Notes: generated from the letters alone by a model not told the origin. DNA of 64,000 nucleotides from an uncultured Bdellovibrionales bacterium (GCA_964510575.1 CAZECN010000005.1:18518-82517), one strand, 5' to 3'. Positions 35,673-45,774 are shown, counted from the stretch's first letter. Made by a program: numbers and translations.

Positions 35673-36902
35673 ATGTCCAATCCAGAAGCTTTTCCAGCTA
35701 GCAGTATTAAAGTCTTAGTTTTAGAGAAAATTAACCAGAGTGCGGTAAACGTTTTCAAGGAAGCGGGCTACTCGGTTAGTGAAGTTCCTAAGTCCCTCGG
35801 TGAAGAAGAGTTGATGGAGCATATCGAGGATGTTCATATTCTTTGTATCCGTTCTAAAACGAAAGTAACTGAGGCTCATATCGAGAAAGCTGGGAAGCTA
35901 TTAGCGATTGGATGTTTCGGGGTCGGAACCAACCAAGTTGCGAAAGATGCAGCTCTTGCAGCCGGTGTCCCAGTTTTTAATGCTCCTTTTGCTAGCACTA
36001 GAAGTGTAGCTGAGCTCGCTGTGGCTGGGGTGATGAACCTAGCCAGAAGACTGGGTGACTGTAATACCAACCTTCATAGCGGGCGCTGGGAAAAGTCGGC
36101 AGTTGGCTCTTTTGAAGTTCGTGACAAGGTGCTTGGAATAGTTGGTTACGGTCATATTGGTCAGCAGGTGGGTCTTTTAGCTGAGGCCCTAGGTTTAAGA
36201 GTAATCTTCAGTGATATGATGGCTCGTTTGCCTCTTGGGAACTCTAGGCAAGTTGAGTCGATGGATGCTGTTCTAAAAGAGGCTGACTTTGTTTCTCTTC
36301 ATGTACCTGCGCAGCCAGGCGGAAAAAGCCTGATTGGCAAAGAAGAGTTGGCTAAGATGAAGAAAGGGAGCTACGTGCTAAACCTTAGTCGTGGAAGTCT
36401 TGTCGACGTTGCGGCTTTGAAGGAGTCTATTGAGTCCGGCCATACGGCAGGTGCTATGCTCGATGTCTATCCGACTGAGCCGAGAACTGGTAGCGAAGAC
36501 TTTTCGCCTGAGCTTAAAGGTGTAAAGAATGCTTTTCTTACACCTCATGTTGGGGGTAGCACTGAAGAAGCTCAGAAGAATATCGGTATTGAAGTTGCTT
36601 CAACGCTGAGCAAGTATGTTAACACCGGACAGTCTCATGGTTCAGTTAACTTTCCGCAAGTTCTCTTGCCGGCTTATCCAGATTCAAGCAGAATTCTAAA
36701 TATTCACCAGAATGTTCCTGGTGTCTTGGGAGAAATCACTAAGCTCTGTAGCGAACTTTCAGTTAACATTGATAGCCAATATCTTAACACCAGAGGTGAT
36801 ATTGGTTACTTGGTAATGGATGTTGCTCCGGATAAGTCCAAGGATCTTTCTGAGAAGATAAAGGCTCTTCCAATGTCAATTAAGACTCGAGCCCTCTACT
36901 AA
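35673..36902 (+). CDS. serA: D-3-phosphoglycerate dehydrogenase with C-terminal ACT domain
   Basis: NAD-binding GIVGYGHIGQQVG; catalytic domain and C-terminal ACT-like segment; 409 aa typical of SerA. Confidence 0.85.
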   Translation: MSNPEAFPASSIKVLVLEKINQSAVNVFKEAGYSVSEVPKSLGEEELMEHIEDVHILCIRSKTKVTEAHIEKAGKLLAIGCFGVGTNQVAKDAALAAGVPVFNAPFASTRSVAELAVAGVMNLARRLGDCNTNLHSGRWEKSAVGSFEVRDKVLGIVGYGHIGQQVGLLAEALGLRVIFSDMMARLPLGNSRQVESMDAVLKEADFVSLHVPAQPGGKSLIGKEELAKMKKGSYVLNLSRGSLVDVAALKESIESGHTAGAMLDVYPTEPRTGSEDFSPELKGVKNAFLTPHVGGSTEEAQKNIGIEVASTLSKYVNTGQSHGSVNFPQVLLPAYPDSSRILNIHQNVPGVLGEITKLCSELSVNIDSQYLNTRGDIGYLVMDVAPDKSKDLSEKIKALPMSIKTRALY

Positions 36903-36955
36903 GCTTGGTTCTTTTAGCCTCTGGGTAGTAATCTATCCAGAGGCTAAGTTTTCTT

Positions 36956-37717
36956 TTAAGATAGAGAGTGGTTTTTTAAGTAAAGAGAGAAAGCTTCAAG
37001 CTCTCTTACTTCAAAGCCTAGCTCCAAAGCTTGTTCAGCGTCGGCTGGACCAGTAAAACCCCAGTTAGCGAGTATCCCATTAAATTTGATATCCAAGTTC
37101 TCTTTGGCAAATTTGCTAAGTTCAGTTAGGTTTTTGATAGAGTCGTCTATAAACTCTATCTGGCTAACTGGAAACCTACCCACGATTTTAACTAGATTTT
37201 CTTGTTTAGTGACCCCACCGTCTCCTGAGTAAATATTACTAGGGTTAAGAAAAAGACCAGAGTGCTTGCATGCGCGTAGGACAGAGTCACTGTTCTTGTT
37301 GGTTAACAGTAAGATTTCAGAGGCTTTCTTAACTGCTTCTTTCCAGAGAGGTTGATAAACAGAATTTAGTGCTAGCCAAAGTGACTCGTCCTTTTCAATC
37401 AAACGCTGACGCGCTTCGAAAAAATCTTTCGTTCTGCTCTTTAAGCTCGCCTTCTGTCCTTCGACAATTGACAAGTATTCTTCTTTTGAGAAAAGGCTGC
37501 CATTTGAAGGTTTTGTTCCACCGAGTAAGGCATTGGCTAAAAGTATAAAATCTCCAGCCGGTTGGCAGTGAAAACGATTTAGTCGAAGTAGTTCTACGTA
37601 GTATTTTGGGAGTTCACCTAAGCTCTCAATGGTTTCACCGGTTGCGGCGTTGTAGCCGGTGAGAACCACGTCATCGAGGGAGTTTAGGAGAACTCCATCA
37701 AAATCAAGAACTAACAT
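36956..37717 (-). CDS. HAD-superfamily hydrolase (possible non-canonical phosphoserine phosphatase, by context)
   Basis: Motif I MLVLDFDGVLL; located immediately downstream of serC on the same strand. Confidence 0.5.
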   Translation of the reverse strand: MLVLDFDGVLLNSLDDVVLTGYNAATGETIESLGELPKYYVELLRLNRFHCQPAGDFILLANALLGGTKPSNGSLFSKEEYLSIVEGQKASLKSRTKDFFEARQRLIEKDESLWLALNSVYQPLWKEAVKKASEILLLTNKNSDSVLRACKHSGLFLNPSNIYSGDGGVTKQENLVKIVGRFPVSQIEFIDDSIKNLTELSKFAKENLDIKFNGILANWGFTGPADAEQALELGFEVRELEAFSLYLKNHSLS

Positions 37718-37738
37718 GGCTGCTGATTCTCAGACAGA

Positions 37739-38824
37739 CTAGCTGTGAGCTTCGGCGAACTGCCCCATGAATTTTACAAGCTCTTCAACTCCCTCTTTCG
37801 GGAAGGCATTGTAAATGCTGGCTCGAACACCACCGACACTTCTATGACCTTTAAGGCCATTAAAGCCAGATTCTCCGGCAACTTTAATGAACTCTGCTTC
37901 TAAGTTTTCGTCTTTCAACCTGAAGCAAACATTCATAACAGAGCGTGATTCTTTTTCAGCTGTGCCAGCATAGAAATCATTGCCATCTATATAGTCATAT
38001 AAAATAGCAGCTTTTTCTCTATTCCTAGCTTCCATTTTATCTAGACCACCTTGGTCCTTAAGCCATTTTAGAACCTCTCCCACCACATAGATTGGGAAAG
38101 CCGGTGGAGTATTGGAGAGAGAGGCTCCTTCCACGAAAGTTCTGTAGTCCAACATTTTAGGTAAGCTCTCGGGAGCTCTCTCCAGTAAATCTTTTCTAAT
38201 GATTGCAATGGTGACTCCAGCAGGCCCAAGGTTCTTTTGAGCACCTGCGTATATTAGGCCGTATTTACTAACGTCTAGTTTTTTATGGAGAAAATCAGAA
38301 GAGGCATCGCAAACTAGAACATTACCTGCAGCATCAGGTTCGTTTTGATACTGAGTTCCAAAAATTGTGTTGTTGCTAGTAAAATGAAGATAGGAAGCAT
38401 TTTGTGGAACATCTAGGTTCTTCGGTAAGTAGCTGAAGTTTTTGTCTTCAGAAGATCCAGCAACCTGAGTTTCAGTGAATCGTTTGGCTTCTGCCAATGC
38501 TTTCTTAGACCAGCTTCCAGTAACCACATAACTGGCCGCTCCGCCATCAGCTTTAGCTAGGTTCATTGGAACCATTGAAAATTGATTAGTAGCTCCTCCG
38601 GTAGTGAAGACCACGGCATAGTCACTGCCAATTCCAAGAAGCTCTCTGAGATTAGCTTCACAGTCCTCAATGATTTGCTTAAATTGAGGTCCTCGGTGAG
38701 AGAGTTCCATTACGCCCATTCCACAACCATCGAAATTTAAGAGATTATCTCTAACTTTTTCGACTACTTTAACTGGAAGGACAGCAGGTCCCGCACTGAA
38801 GTTATAGATTCTTTTGTGGTCCAT
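37739..38824 (-). CDS. serC: Phosphoserine aminotransferase
   Basis: IYNFSAGPAVLPVKVVEKV...MELSHRGPQFKQII N-terminal block and PLP-fold length (361 aa) typical of SerC. Confidence 0.88.
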   Translation of the reverse strand: MDHKRIYNFSAGPAVLPVKVVEKVRDNLLNFDGCGMGVMELSHRGPQFKQIIEDCEANLRELLGIGSDYAVVFTTGGATNQFSMVPMNLAKADGGAASYVVTGSWSKKALAEAKRFTETQVAGSSEDKNFSYLPKNLDVPQNASYLHFTSNNTIFGTQYQNEPDAAGNVLVCDASSDFLHKKLDVSKYGLIYAGAQKNLGPAGVTIAIIRKDLLERAPESLPKMLDYRTFVEGASLSNTPPAFPIYVVGEVLKWLKDQGGLDKMEARNREKAAILYDYIDGNDFYAGTAEKESRSVMNVCFRLKDENLEAEFIKVAGESGFNGLKGHRSVGGVRASIYNAFPKEGVEELVKFMGQFAEAHS

Positions 38825-38941
38825 AGTATTGGTATATTTCCTAGGTTAGATCATCTACTGGGCTCAGGAACCGCATACTACCTAATCACCCGAAAAGGTA
38901 AATGCTAAATATTAAATAGCTAGCTGTTGAAAGGCTTAGGC

Positions 38942-39394
38942 CTAGTTTTTTTGTGGGAATTGAACAAATTCTAGAAGGACTTCTGTACCTATTGGGAATT
39001 CCTCATTACCCCTTGGGTGGGTAAAGAATACAGCGTGTCCCGCAGCACCTTTTCTTATTCCCCCGGGAGCCATTCGAACTCCCTGCTCTTGCAGCCATTT
39101 GTAAGCTGACTCAAGGTCGTCGACCCAAAAGCCTATGTGATTAAGAGCTGGCTGGTCAGGACGAGGTTTCTTGTTAGGATCGATTGGCTCCATTAAATCG
39201 ATTTCAACGGTGGCTAGTCCTTCGCCTACAGAGCAAATAGTTTCGTCTACATTCTCTTTTTCGGAACGATAGCTGCCATCTACTTTTAGACCGAGAATAT
39301 CGCAAAAAATATTCTCAAGAGATGCTTTGGACTTAGAGCCTATGGCAATCTGTTGAATACCAAGAATTTTGAATGGTCGCTTTTCGTCTGACAT
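38942..39394 (-). CDS. VOC/glyoxalase-family protein (methylmalonyl-CoA epimerase or lactoylglutathione lyase-like)
   Basis: Two beta-alpha-beta-beta-beta modules ([14 protein letters not shown]..., [26 protein letters not shown]). Confidence 0.55.
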   Translation of the reverse strand: MSDEKRPFKILGIQQIAIGSKSKASLENIFCDILGLKVDGSYRSEKENVDETICSVGEGLATVEIDLMEPIDPNKKPRPDQPALNHIGFWVDDLESAYKWLQEQGVRMAPGGIRKGAAGHAVFFTHPRGNEEFPIGTEVLLEFVQFPQKN

Positions 39395-39457
39395 GTTAGG
39401 AAGGTTAGCGAGGATCTCCAGTTTAATCTAGCTAAAGAATCACAGAAGGATTGTCTG

Positions 39458-40072
39458 ATGAAAAATTTTCTCTTACTTAGCTCAATTATTTTCTTTTTTT
39501 GCATTGAAGAAGATGTTCATGCTCAGTGCAAGAACTCTGAGTTTTCGATTGAAATAGAGAAAAAAGATGCTGAGGCAGGGGCCTTGGGGAATTTCTGGGG
39601 CAGTAAGAACTCGCTAAATGCTATAGTGATGCAAGTCGTGGATAAGTCTTTTAAGGGTTTTTCCTCTGCAAAGCCTGAGGGCTGCGGAGAAAAATGTTCT
39701 AGTTCTGAAGCTCAAAAGAGAATCAGAGTGACACCTACCTCGAGATTGTCTGACTATGCAGAAAAGGAAGCCTGTCAAAAATACTTAGATCAAACAACTA
39801 GCTCCCCTATACATTTTGTCTCACCAGATTTTTCCAACAAAGATGAGTTTGGAGAATGGTTTGCTGATTTATCTCAAGGTAAAGGCCAGGCTGGAAAAAA
39901 GCTCTACCGGCTTTGTCCAGGTAAATGCAGTCCATCTTATTCAGTGGTTCTTGAGGATAAGGAAGCTAATAACTACCTAGCCAAAGTTTCAGCAGTTTGT
40001 GGGCATGCTAGAAACAAGTCTGATAACAAGTATCAGGTCATTTCAGAATACTTTTGGCAATGTAAGGAATAG
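39458..40072 (+). CDS. Secreted cysteine-rich hypothetical protein (signal peptide, 8 Cys)
   Basis: MKNFLLLSSIIFFFC...HAQ signal; no recognised domain; flanked on its 3' side by the composite repeat. Confidence 0.5.
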   Translation: MKNFLLLSSIIFFFCIEEDVHAQCKNSEFSIEIEKKDAEAGALGNFWGSKNSLNAIVMQVVDKSFKGFSSAKPEGCGEKCSSSEAQKRIRVTPTSRLSDYAEKEACQKYLDQTTSSPIHFVSPDFSNKDEFGEWFADLSQGKGQAGKKLYRLCPGKCSPSYSVVLEDKEANNYLAKVSAVCGHARNKSDNKYQVISEYFWQCKE

Positions 40073-40380
40073 TTATACTGAAACCATTTTAAATTTCGTG
40101 TTTGGCTAAAGCTTACATGAGGTTTCAGTATACGCTTTGCGTAAGCAAAGCCACTAGACTCATATATCTCGTCTAAAAATATGCTGAGAAGCGCAGCTTC
40201 GCAAGAAAATCATAAGATCCAGTGAAAATTCTAAGATTACAACTTTTTTTGTCAAGAGCTTCGCTCTTGTAGGTATATTTCAGGTTTCAGTATATTTGTT
40301 GTCTGGCAGTGCTATGCACTGCTTATACCCCATTACGACAGGTACGGAAAAAGCCGTAATTTAAAGTAGACGGGGTATAT
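40073..40380. repeat. Composite intergenic hairpin-repeat element, copy B (inverted relative to copy A at 20928-21130), with an internal 12-bp direct duplication TATACTGAAACC/GGTTTCAGTATA flanking an extra ~153 bp
   Basis: The reverse complement of 40073-40143 plus 40285-40380 matches 20975-21130 nearly perfectly. The extra segment 40144-40284 carries further small hairpins. Confidence 0.7.
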
Positions 40381-42306
40381 CTATTCTCTATCTTGATGGT
40401 ATTTAAGAAACTTAGCCGCCTCGAATTCGCCTAAGTACTTATTTAATAGTCTTCTGTCGGCTTTGCTGAAGTCTACGACGATCAATCCATCAAGCGCTCC
40501 GTTGAAATCATGGTCTACGTTGAAGCCAATAATTTTCCCGCCCAGTTTGGTGTATTCTTTTAAAAGAACTGGAACGCCCATTTCCTTTAGCTCTATGTCT
40601 TGTATTAATTCTGATACCTCAGAAATATCTTTAACTGTTTTGGAGAAGAACTCTTGATCGATTCCTAGAACTCGTTCCGGCTCTGATGAGGTTCGAGGTC
40701 GGACATGTTGAGCCAATAGAGGCTGGAAATTATTTTCTCTTAGAAATAGTTCTAAAAGATGTCTTGATACGCCAGTGAAGGAGCCGCTAACGCTGACGGG
40801 CCCAAACATAGTCTTGTAATCTGGATTAAGCGCTACAAAATTGGAAAGACCTTTAAGTAGTAGCATTAGAGGCCAGAGGGTGCGTTGATACTCTTGAGCA
40901 ACAAAAGACCTGCCAACCTCGAGGCTTGGCCCCAGCTCTTTTAGGAGGTCTTTGTTGTAGTGAAAAAGAGTGTTGGTATAAAGTCCTTTTAGACCATAGG
41001 AGGCAACAGCTTCGTCAGTCTTGACTACACGGTATGCTCCAACAACCTTCTTTGCTTTTCTGTCCCAGCAAATTAGATGTTTGTAATAACTGTCAAAAAA
41101 ATCGAGATCGCATTCGGTTCCTGTTCCTTCACCAACATCTCTGAAGGTAATTTCTCTGAGTCTTCCCACCTCTTGTAGAAGGTTGGGTGATTCTGCCATT
41201 GTGGTTATTGCAACTGCTAGATCGTTTCTTTCTATTAGTATTTTTTCATCAGATATTGCAGAAAAATCTTGTTCTAGAAGATTAGAGGCGACCGGATCAA
41301 TGATCTCAGAAGTGAACTCGGAAATAGGGCTTTTAGTTCTCTTGTTAACTTCATGGACTTTTATTGGGCTATTTTTTTGAAGATAACAGCGCATTCTCAG
41401 ATAATCTGTTAGCTCTCGGTTACTTTCGAAACGCTTTAGTTTTTCAGCAACAATAGGCTTCCCAATTTGTATAGCGATAGTCTTATTCTTTTTATTCAGT
41501 AGTTGCCTTGGCAACAGCATGGTTCTTAGTATCGGGTGGATCAGACCAGCGAGTTGAAATACGAGACTGTTTCTTCCATGAATGAAGCAAGGAACAACTG
41601 TGGCACCAGTTTTTTTGACAAGTCTTGCGATATTGGTATTCCAGATCGGATCTTGAACTTCTCTTGAGCTGGTATGAAAATGAGAGACTGTTCCAGAGGG
41701 AAAAGTAATTAGGGCATGGTCATTCTTAAGCCAAGAAAGAGCCTCTCTCATTGGATTGACATTGTCTTTTTTAGATTTCTCTCGCTCGAAAGGATCAACT
41801 AGTATGAATAGATCTTTCGCAGGCTTAAGTCTGCCCAACATAAAGTTTGCGAGAAACTTTAAATCAGGTCGTTCTTTGCGAATGACCTCATACATGACAA
41901 GAGCCTCTAAGGCTCCAAAAGGGTGGTTTGATACAATAATTAGCGGGCGGTCCTTGGGTAGCTTTATGCTGGCCGTTGGAAACAGTTCATAATTTACCCC
42001 AAGATGTTCCAAGGTCGTCTTGAAGAATTCAGTTGGGCCATTCCAGGGAGGCATTTCATCGTAGCCTTTCTCCAGTTGTGAAAGGCACAACATTCTTTTG
42101 ACTGCTGGAAAAATGAAACGAAAGGTAGGCCTTAACTTTTCCGGTATTGGAAGTTTATCGGGGTCTACACTAAAAGGGTTAGGAAAGTCTTCGGGATGGC
42201 AAAGTTCTATCCTAGACTCAGCTTTCTCAGACCCACCCTTTTCAAATTCGGTTTCGTTATTGGTTTTTACAAGCTTCGTAACTTCTTTTTGTTTCTTCGA
42301 ATCCAA
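40381..42306 (-). CDS. Bifunctional acyltransferase, OlsF-like (N-terminal PlsC-type O-acyltransferase plus C-terminal GNAT/OlsB-like N-acyltransferase); candidate ornithine/amino-lipid synthase
   Basis: N-terminal PLIIVSNHPFGALEALVM (PlsC motif-I-like). The C-terminal half has the OlsB/hemolysin-like GNAT core (ICWDRKAKKVVGAYRV...). The 641-aa size and domain order match OlsF. Confidence 0.5.
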   Translation of the reverse strand: MDSKKQKEVTKLVKTNNETEFEKGGSEKAESRIELCHPEDFPNPFSVDPDKLPIPEKLRPTFRFIFPAVKRMLCLSQLEKGYDEMPPWNGPTEFFKTTLEHLGVNYELFPTASIKLPKDRPLIIVSNHPFGALEALVMYEVIRKERPDLKFLANFMLGRLKPAKDLFILVDPFEREKSKKDNVNPMREALSWLKNDHALITFPSGTVSHFHTSSREVQDPIWNTNIARLVKKTGATVVPCFIHGRNSLVFQLAGLIHPILRTMLLPRQLLNKKNKTIAIQIGKPIVAEKLKRFESNRELTDYLRMRCYLQKNSPIKVHEVNKRTKSPISEFTSEIIDPVASNLLEQDFSAISDEKILIERNDLAVAITTMAESPNLLQEVGRLREITFRDVGEGTGTECDLDFFDSYYKHLICWDRKAKKVVGAYRVVKTDEAVASYGLKGLYTNTLFHYNKDLLKELGPSLEVGRSFVAQEYQRTLWPLMLLLKGLSNFVALNPDYKTMFGPVSVSGSFTGVSRHLLELFLRENNFQPLLAQHVRPRTSSEPERVLGIDQEFFSKTVKDISEVSELIQDIELKEMGVPVLLKEYTKLGGKIIGFNVDHDFNGALDGLIVVDFSKADRRLLNKYLGEFEAAKFLKYHQDRE

Positions 42307-43327
42307 GATCTATCAATGCCGCAATATATGGTTTGTGCAGAACGGTGTAGGATATTGTTTCTAGGGCACATTCTTCGCCCATTCTGTTATTGAGGAATCG
42401 ATAAACCGGCCAAATCGGTCCAAGTGCCCTCATGAAGTCCTTCGTCGAGGAGCCTATACTATTTTTGAGTATTTTACCAAAGGAATTGGGACTTACTATT
42501 TCCATGAAGTCGTTAGGTAAAGCACAGCTACTACCTGGAGTTGGATCAATAGCCCAAGATTCAGCTGTGTAGTAGGGGCGGCCATGAAAGTCATGCCACC
42601 ATTTCTTTCCCGAGGTATCGATTAGAATCACTCTTTTAGCCCCAAACCTAACTGCCGGATCTACTGGAAGATTGTTGGCGATACCCCCGTCAACCAAAAC
42701 TATATTTTTCTCATCAGTGTCGAGTTTAACCGGAGGCAGAACAAAAGGTAATGCAGCAGAGGCTAAGAGATGAGCAGCTGAAAGATGGTTAACTCTATGG
42801 ATATTGAATCTGCTGCCATCTAGGTTGACCTCAGAGTCTGGCAATGTGGAGTTAACGATCAGGACGCTTTTTCTTGTGAAGCCTTCTTCTGTGGCCATTA
42901 CCCCCAACGAAGCAAGGCCTGTTGGATGGCTATCTACGCTGGCCCCACCAAAGTCATAAAGTAGCTCGTCAATTCTTCTAGATAGGGGACTTGGGTCGAA
43001 TATGGCTGTGGAAGTAGGTCCTGGTCCCGGGCGAAGGTATTGTAAAAACCCAACCCGTAGAGACCGAACAAAAGCCATTGAGAATGTGCCTGCGAAAGAA
43101 TTAGAAAAAGTTCTCTCCCTCCACAGTTCTTCAATAGAAGCAATAGCCTCCTCTGGACTTTTTCGAAGTCCGGCCGCGATTAAAGCTCCATTGACGGCTC
43201 CAATCGAGCTGCCAAAAATTAGTTTGAAATCCTTTTCTTCGTCAGGAAGTAATTGGAAAAGCGCTTTTAAAGCACCGATCTGATAAGCCGCTCTTGCCCC
43301 ACCCCCTGAAAGTACTAGCCCATTCAT
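42257..43327 (-). CDS. Patatin-like phospholipase
   Basis: GGGARAAYQIGALKAL oxyanion motif, GSSIG (GxSxG) and DGG catalytic Asp motif (VDGGIANNLPV). Confidence 0.8.
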   Translation of the reverse strand: MNGLVLSGGGARAAYQIGALKALFQLLPDEEKDFKLIFGSSIGAVNGALIAAGLRKSPEEAIASIEELWRERTFSNSFAGTFSMAFVRSLRVGFLQYLRPGPGPTSTAIFDPSPLSRRIDELLYDFGGASVDSHPTGLASLGVMATEEGFTRKSVLIVNSTLPDSEVNLDGSRFNIHRVNHLSAAHLLASAALPFVLPPVKLDTDEKNIVLVDGGIANNLPVDPAVRFGAKRVILIDTSGKKWWHDFHGRPYYTAESWAIDPTPGSSCALPNDFMEIVSPNSFGKILKNSIGSSTKDFMRALGPIWPVYRFLNNRMGEECALETISYTVLHKPYIAALIDLGFEETKRSYEACKNQ

Positions 43328-43497
43328 ATCTAATAAAGAAAAGTCCTATGGTTAATTTATTGATTTTGCTTGGGGTATCATACAAAACCAAGTTTATGCT
43401 AGATTCTCCCCCAGTTCTCTTACTCTAGTCCCTTCGCTAGAGGCAAGGGGCAGTTGTAGGGATTGATTATCGCTTTGGATGAGGATTTTAAGCCCAG

Positions 43498-44562
43498 ATG
43501 AAAGTCTTGTGTGTTGTTTCAGACAACGATTTGCCTGAAAGTAGGCTGATACTTTCTCTTTTTAAAAGAGGCGTAGATCTAAGAGTGGTTATCGACCCCA
43601 GCAGTCGTTACGTCGAGGAATATCGTTCTGCCGGAATTACTGTCGACACTCTGAAGTTCAAATCGAGAATAGATTTCAAAGCCGTTTCAATTATCAGAGA
43701 CATAATGCGTTCTGATAAAATTGACATAGTGCATTGTTTCTCCAAGGTGGCATTGTCTAATTCTCTCATTGCCGGCACTGGCTTGGGTGTAAAGAGCATT
43801 GGCTATAGGGGAATCGTTGGCAATCTTAGCCTATTTGATCCTGGAAGCTGGATAACTTTTCTAAACCCTAGTTTGAATAAAGCTGTGTGCGTCTGTCATG
43901 CAATAGAGGTTTATTTAACCAAATTTCGAGTTTTAAGAGGAAAGACTAGAACTATTCACAAAGGTCATAAAGTTGCTTGGTATGATCCCAGCAAAGTTGT
44001 TTCTAAAAGTGAATTAGGAATTCCGGAAGATAGTTTTTTATTGAGCTGTGTTTGTAATATTCGACCTAGGAAGGGAATTTCTGACCTTGTCCGAGCTTTG
44101 GAATTTTTACCAGATCAAGTTCACCTTCTTCTGGTTGGGAGTATCAAAGACAAAGCCTTGGAAAGACTTCTTGAAAATAGTCCCGTTTCTTCAAGAATTC
44201 ATTGTGTAGGGTTTAAAGTTGACGCTTGGCGTTATGGAGCCGCTGGGGATGTTTTTGTTATGCCATCTACTAAGAGGGAAGGCTTGCCTAAGGGTGTAAT
44301 AGAGGCCATGGCTCAGGGAATGCCAGCTATCGTTACTCGAATTGGCGGGATGCCGGAGATTGTTGAAAATGGCCGTTCAGGCTTTGTAATTGATCCTGGA
44401 AACCCTGAAATCATAGCTGAGATGGTGAAGAAATATATAGACGATGAGCAGCTTTTGCTGGCCCATGGTACTCAAGCAAAGAGCCGAATAGAGAAAAACT
44501 TCAATATTTCAGAAACAGTAGCTGCGTACGGTGAGCTCTATGAGGAGCTGATGGCGGCCTGA
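43498..44562 (+). CDS. Glycosyltransferase family 4 (GT-B, RfaG-like)
   Basis: C-terminal GT4 signature (PSTKREGLPKGVIEAMAQGMPAIVTRIGGMPEIVENGRSGFVI). Confidence 0.75.
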   Translation: MKVLCVVSDNDLPESRLILSLFKRGVDLRVVIDPSSRYVEEYRSAGITVDTLKFKSRIDFKAVSIIRDIMRSDKIDIVHCFSKVALSNSLIAGTGLGVKSIGYRGIVGNLSLFDPGSWITFLNPSLNKAVCVCHAIEVYLTKFRVLRGKTRTIHKGHKVAWYDPSKVVSKSELGIPEDSFLLSCVCNIRPRKGISDLVRALEFLPDQVHLLLVGSIKDKALERLLENSPVSSRIHCVGFKVDAWRYGAAGDVFVMPSTKREGLPKGVIEAMAQGMPAIVTRIGGMPEIVENGRSGFVIDPGNPEIIAEMVKKYIDDEQLLLAHGTQAKSRIEKNFNISETVAAYGELYEELMAA

Positions 44563-44745
44563 GGGGTTTCCTATTATTTCTCTGAATTAAGGCTTTTCTC
44601 GGCCTGAATAGTTGACAAAATTACCATTGAATACTACCCTCGCTCCAGTTTGGATGTGACTCGCTTTACAGGGTCGCTTTTCAATTTGTTTGTTTTTATA
44701 TGCCGCAAGCTTGTAGTTAGTGTTGTGGCCTTGGAGTACGAAAAG

Positions 44746-45774
44746 ATGTCTTCCTTTAAATCCGAAGTTGTTCTGAAGTTTTCATTCATCCTCTTTGTCC
44801 TATTAACTTTTAATGCTTGCGCATTGGTCAATCGTATCGAGTCTGGTTTTCGTTCAGATGATACTGAACAAGAGCTTCAAGTCGCTCAAGAAACAAGCAC
44901 TATCTTATCTAGGACTGCTGAGGCGACTAGGCAGAGTCGAAGAGACTTAGCTGGTGATCCAGACCTTGATGAAATTGCAAAAGAGCTAGAAAAAATAGAA
45001 GAGCAAAGAAAGTCCATTGGTGCTGCGACAGCAACGAACGGCGAAGTTAAGCATTCTTCTAACAAAATGGCCGCTAAGGTTAAAGAGACTCAGACTGCAG
45101 CTGCTCAAAGTGCACGAGCAGAGCAAAGCCAGATTGGTTCTTTCGATCGAAAGCCTGCTTTAACAAAAGCCAAGGAAATGGCATCTGAAACTATGGACGC
45201 GGGAAAAAACACTGCATCCTCAGCTCTTTCAAAAGTTAAAAGCCTCTTAGGAGTCGGAGCTGATGACGAAGGTTCTGAGTCTGAAGCTACTGATTCGGAA
45301 GAAGCTGAAACTGAAATGGCTAAAGCTGAAGAGGTAGAAGAAGCTGAAACTGAGATCGCCGATGAAAAGAAAGAGTCTGAAGCGAAACTAGCAGAGGCTG
45401 GTGAGGAAGCTAGTGATGAGGCTGACGATAAATTAGCCAAGGCTCTTGAAGAAGCGGAAGATTCTATTTCTGAAGCTGAAAAAGCTCTTGAAGAGAAAAG
45501 TAATGAAGTTGCCTCTGTGGAGGAGGAGCTCGCGAAAACTTTGGCTGAAGAAAAGAAGGCAGCTGAGAGGGTCGATGCTCGTGCCTCACTGGCTTCAATG
45601 GATGACGGACAATCGGAGACAGTTGAGTCTGTAGTCAGTGAAGCCACGGAAACAGCTGAAGAAGGGAAAGCTGTTGCAACGCAAACTAAAATACCTGTTT
45701 GGGTTTTCCTTCTAATGGCGGCGGCTCTATCAATTGCTGGCTTTGGTCTTCTTTGGGTTTCTAGAAACACCTAG
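44746..45774 (+). CDS. Lipoprotein with long acidic coiled-coil/low-complexity region and C-terminal TM
   Basis: Lipoprotein-like signal (FSFILFVLLTFNAC); E/A/K-rich repeats (EEAETEMAKAEEVEEAETE...); C-terminal TM. Start chosen at the internal Met of the 44650 ORF. Confidence 0.45.
   Translation: MSSFKSEVVLKFSFILFVLLTFNACALVNRIESGFRSDDTEQELQVAQETSTILSRTAEATRQSRRDLAGDPDLDEIAKELEKIEEQRKSIGAATATNGEVKHSSNKMAAKVKETQTAAAQSARAEQSQIGSFDRKPALTKAKEMASETMDAGKNTASSALSKVKSLLGVGADDEGSESEATDSEEAETEMAKAEEVEEAETEIADEKKESEAKLAEAGEEASDEADDKLAKALEEAEDSISEAEKALEEKSNEVASVEEELAKTLAEEKKAAERVDARASLASMDDGQSETVESVVSEATETAEEGKAVATQTKIPVWVFLLMAAALSIAGFGLLWVSRNT

Noticed and set aside
45105-45770. 221-aa antisense ORF inside the acidic coiled-coil lipoprotein gene
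   Set aside because: It is a mirror ORF generated by the low-complexity GAA/GCT-rich repeats of the sense gene; the sense frame has the signal peptide and TM and fits local gene orientation.
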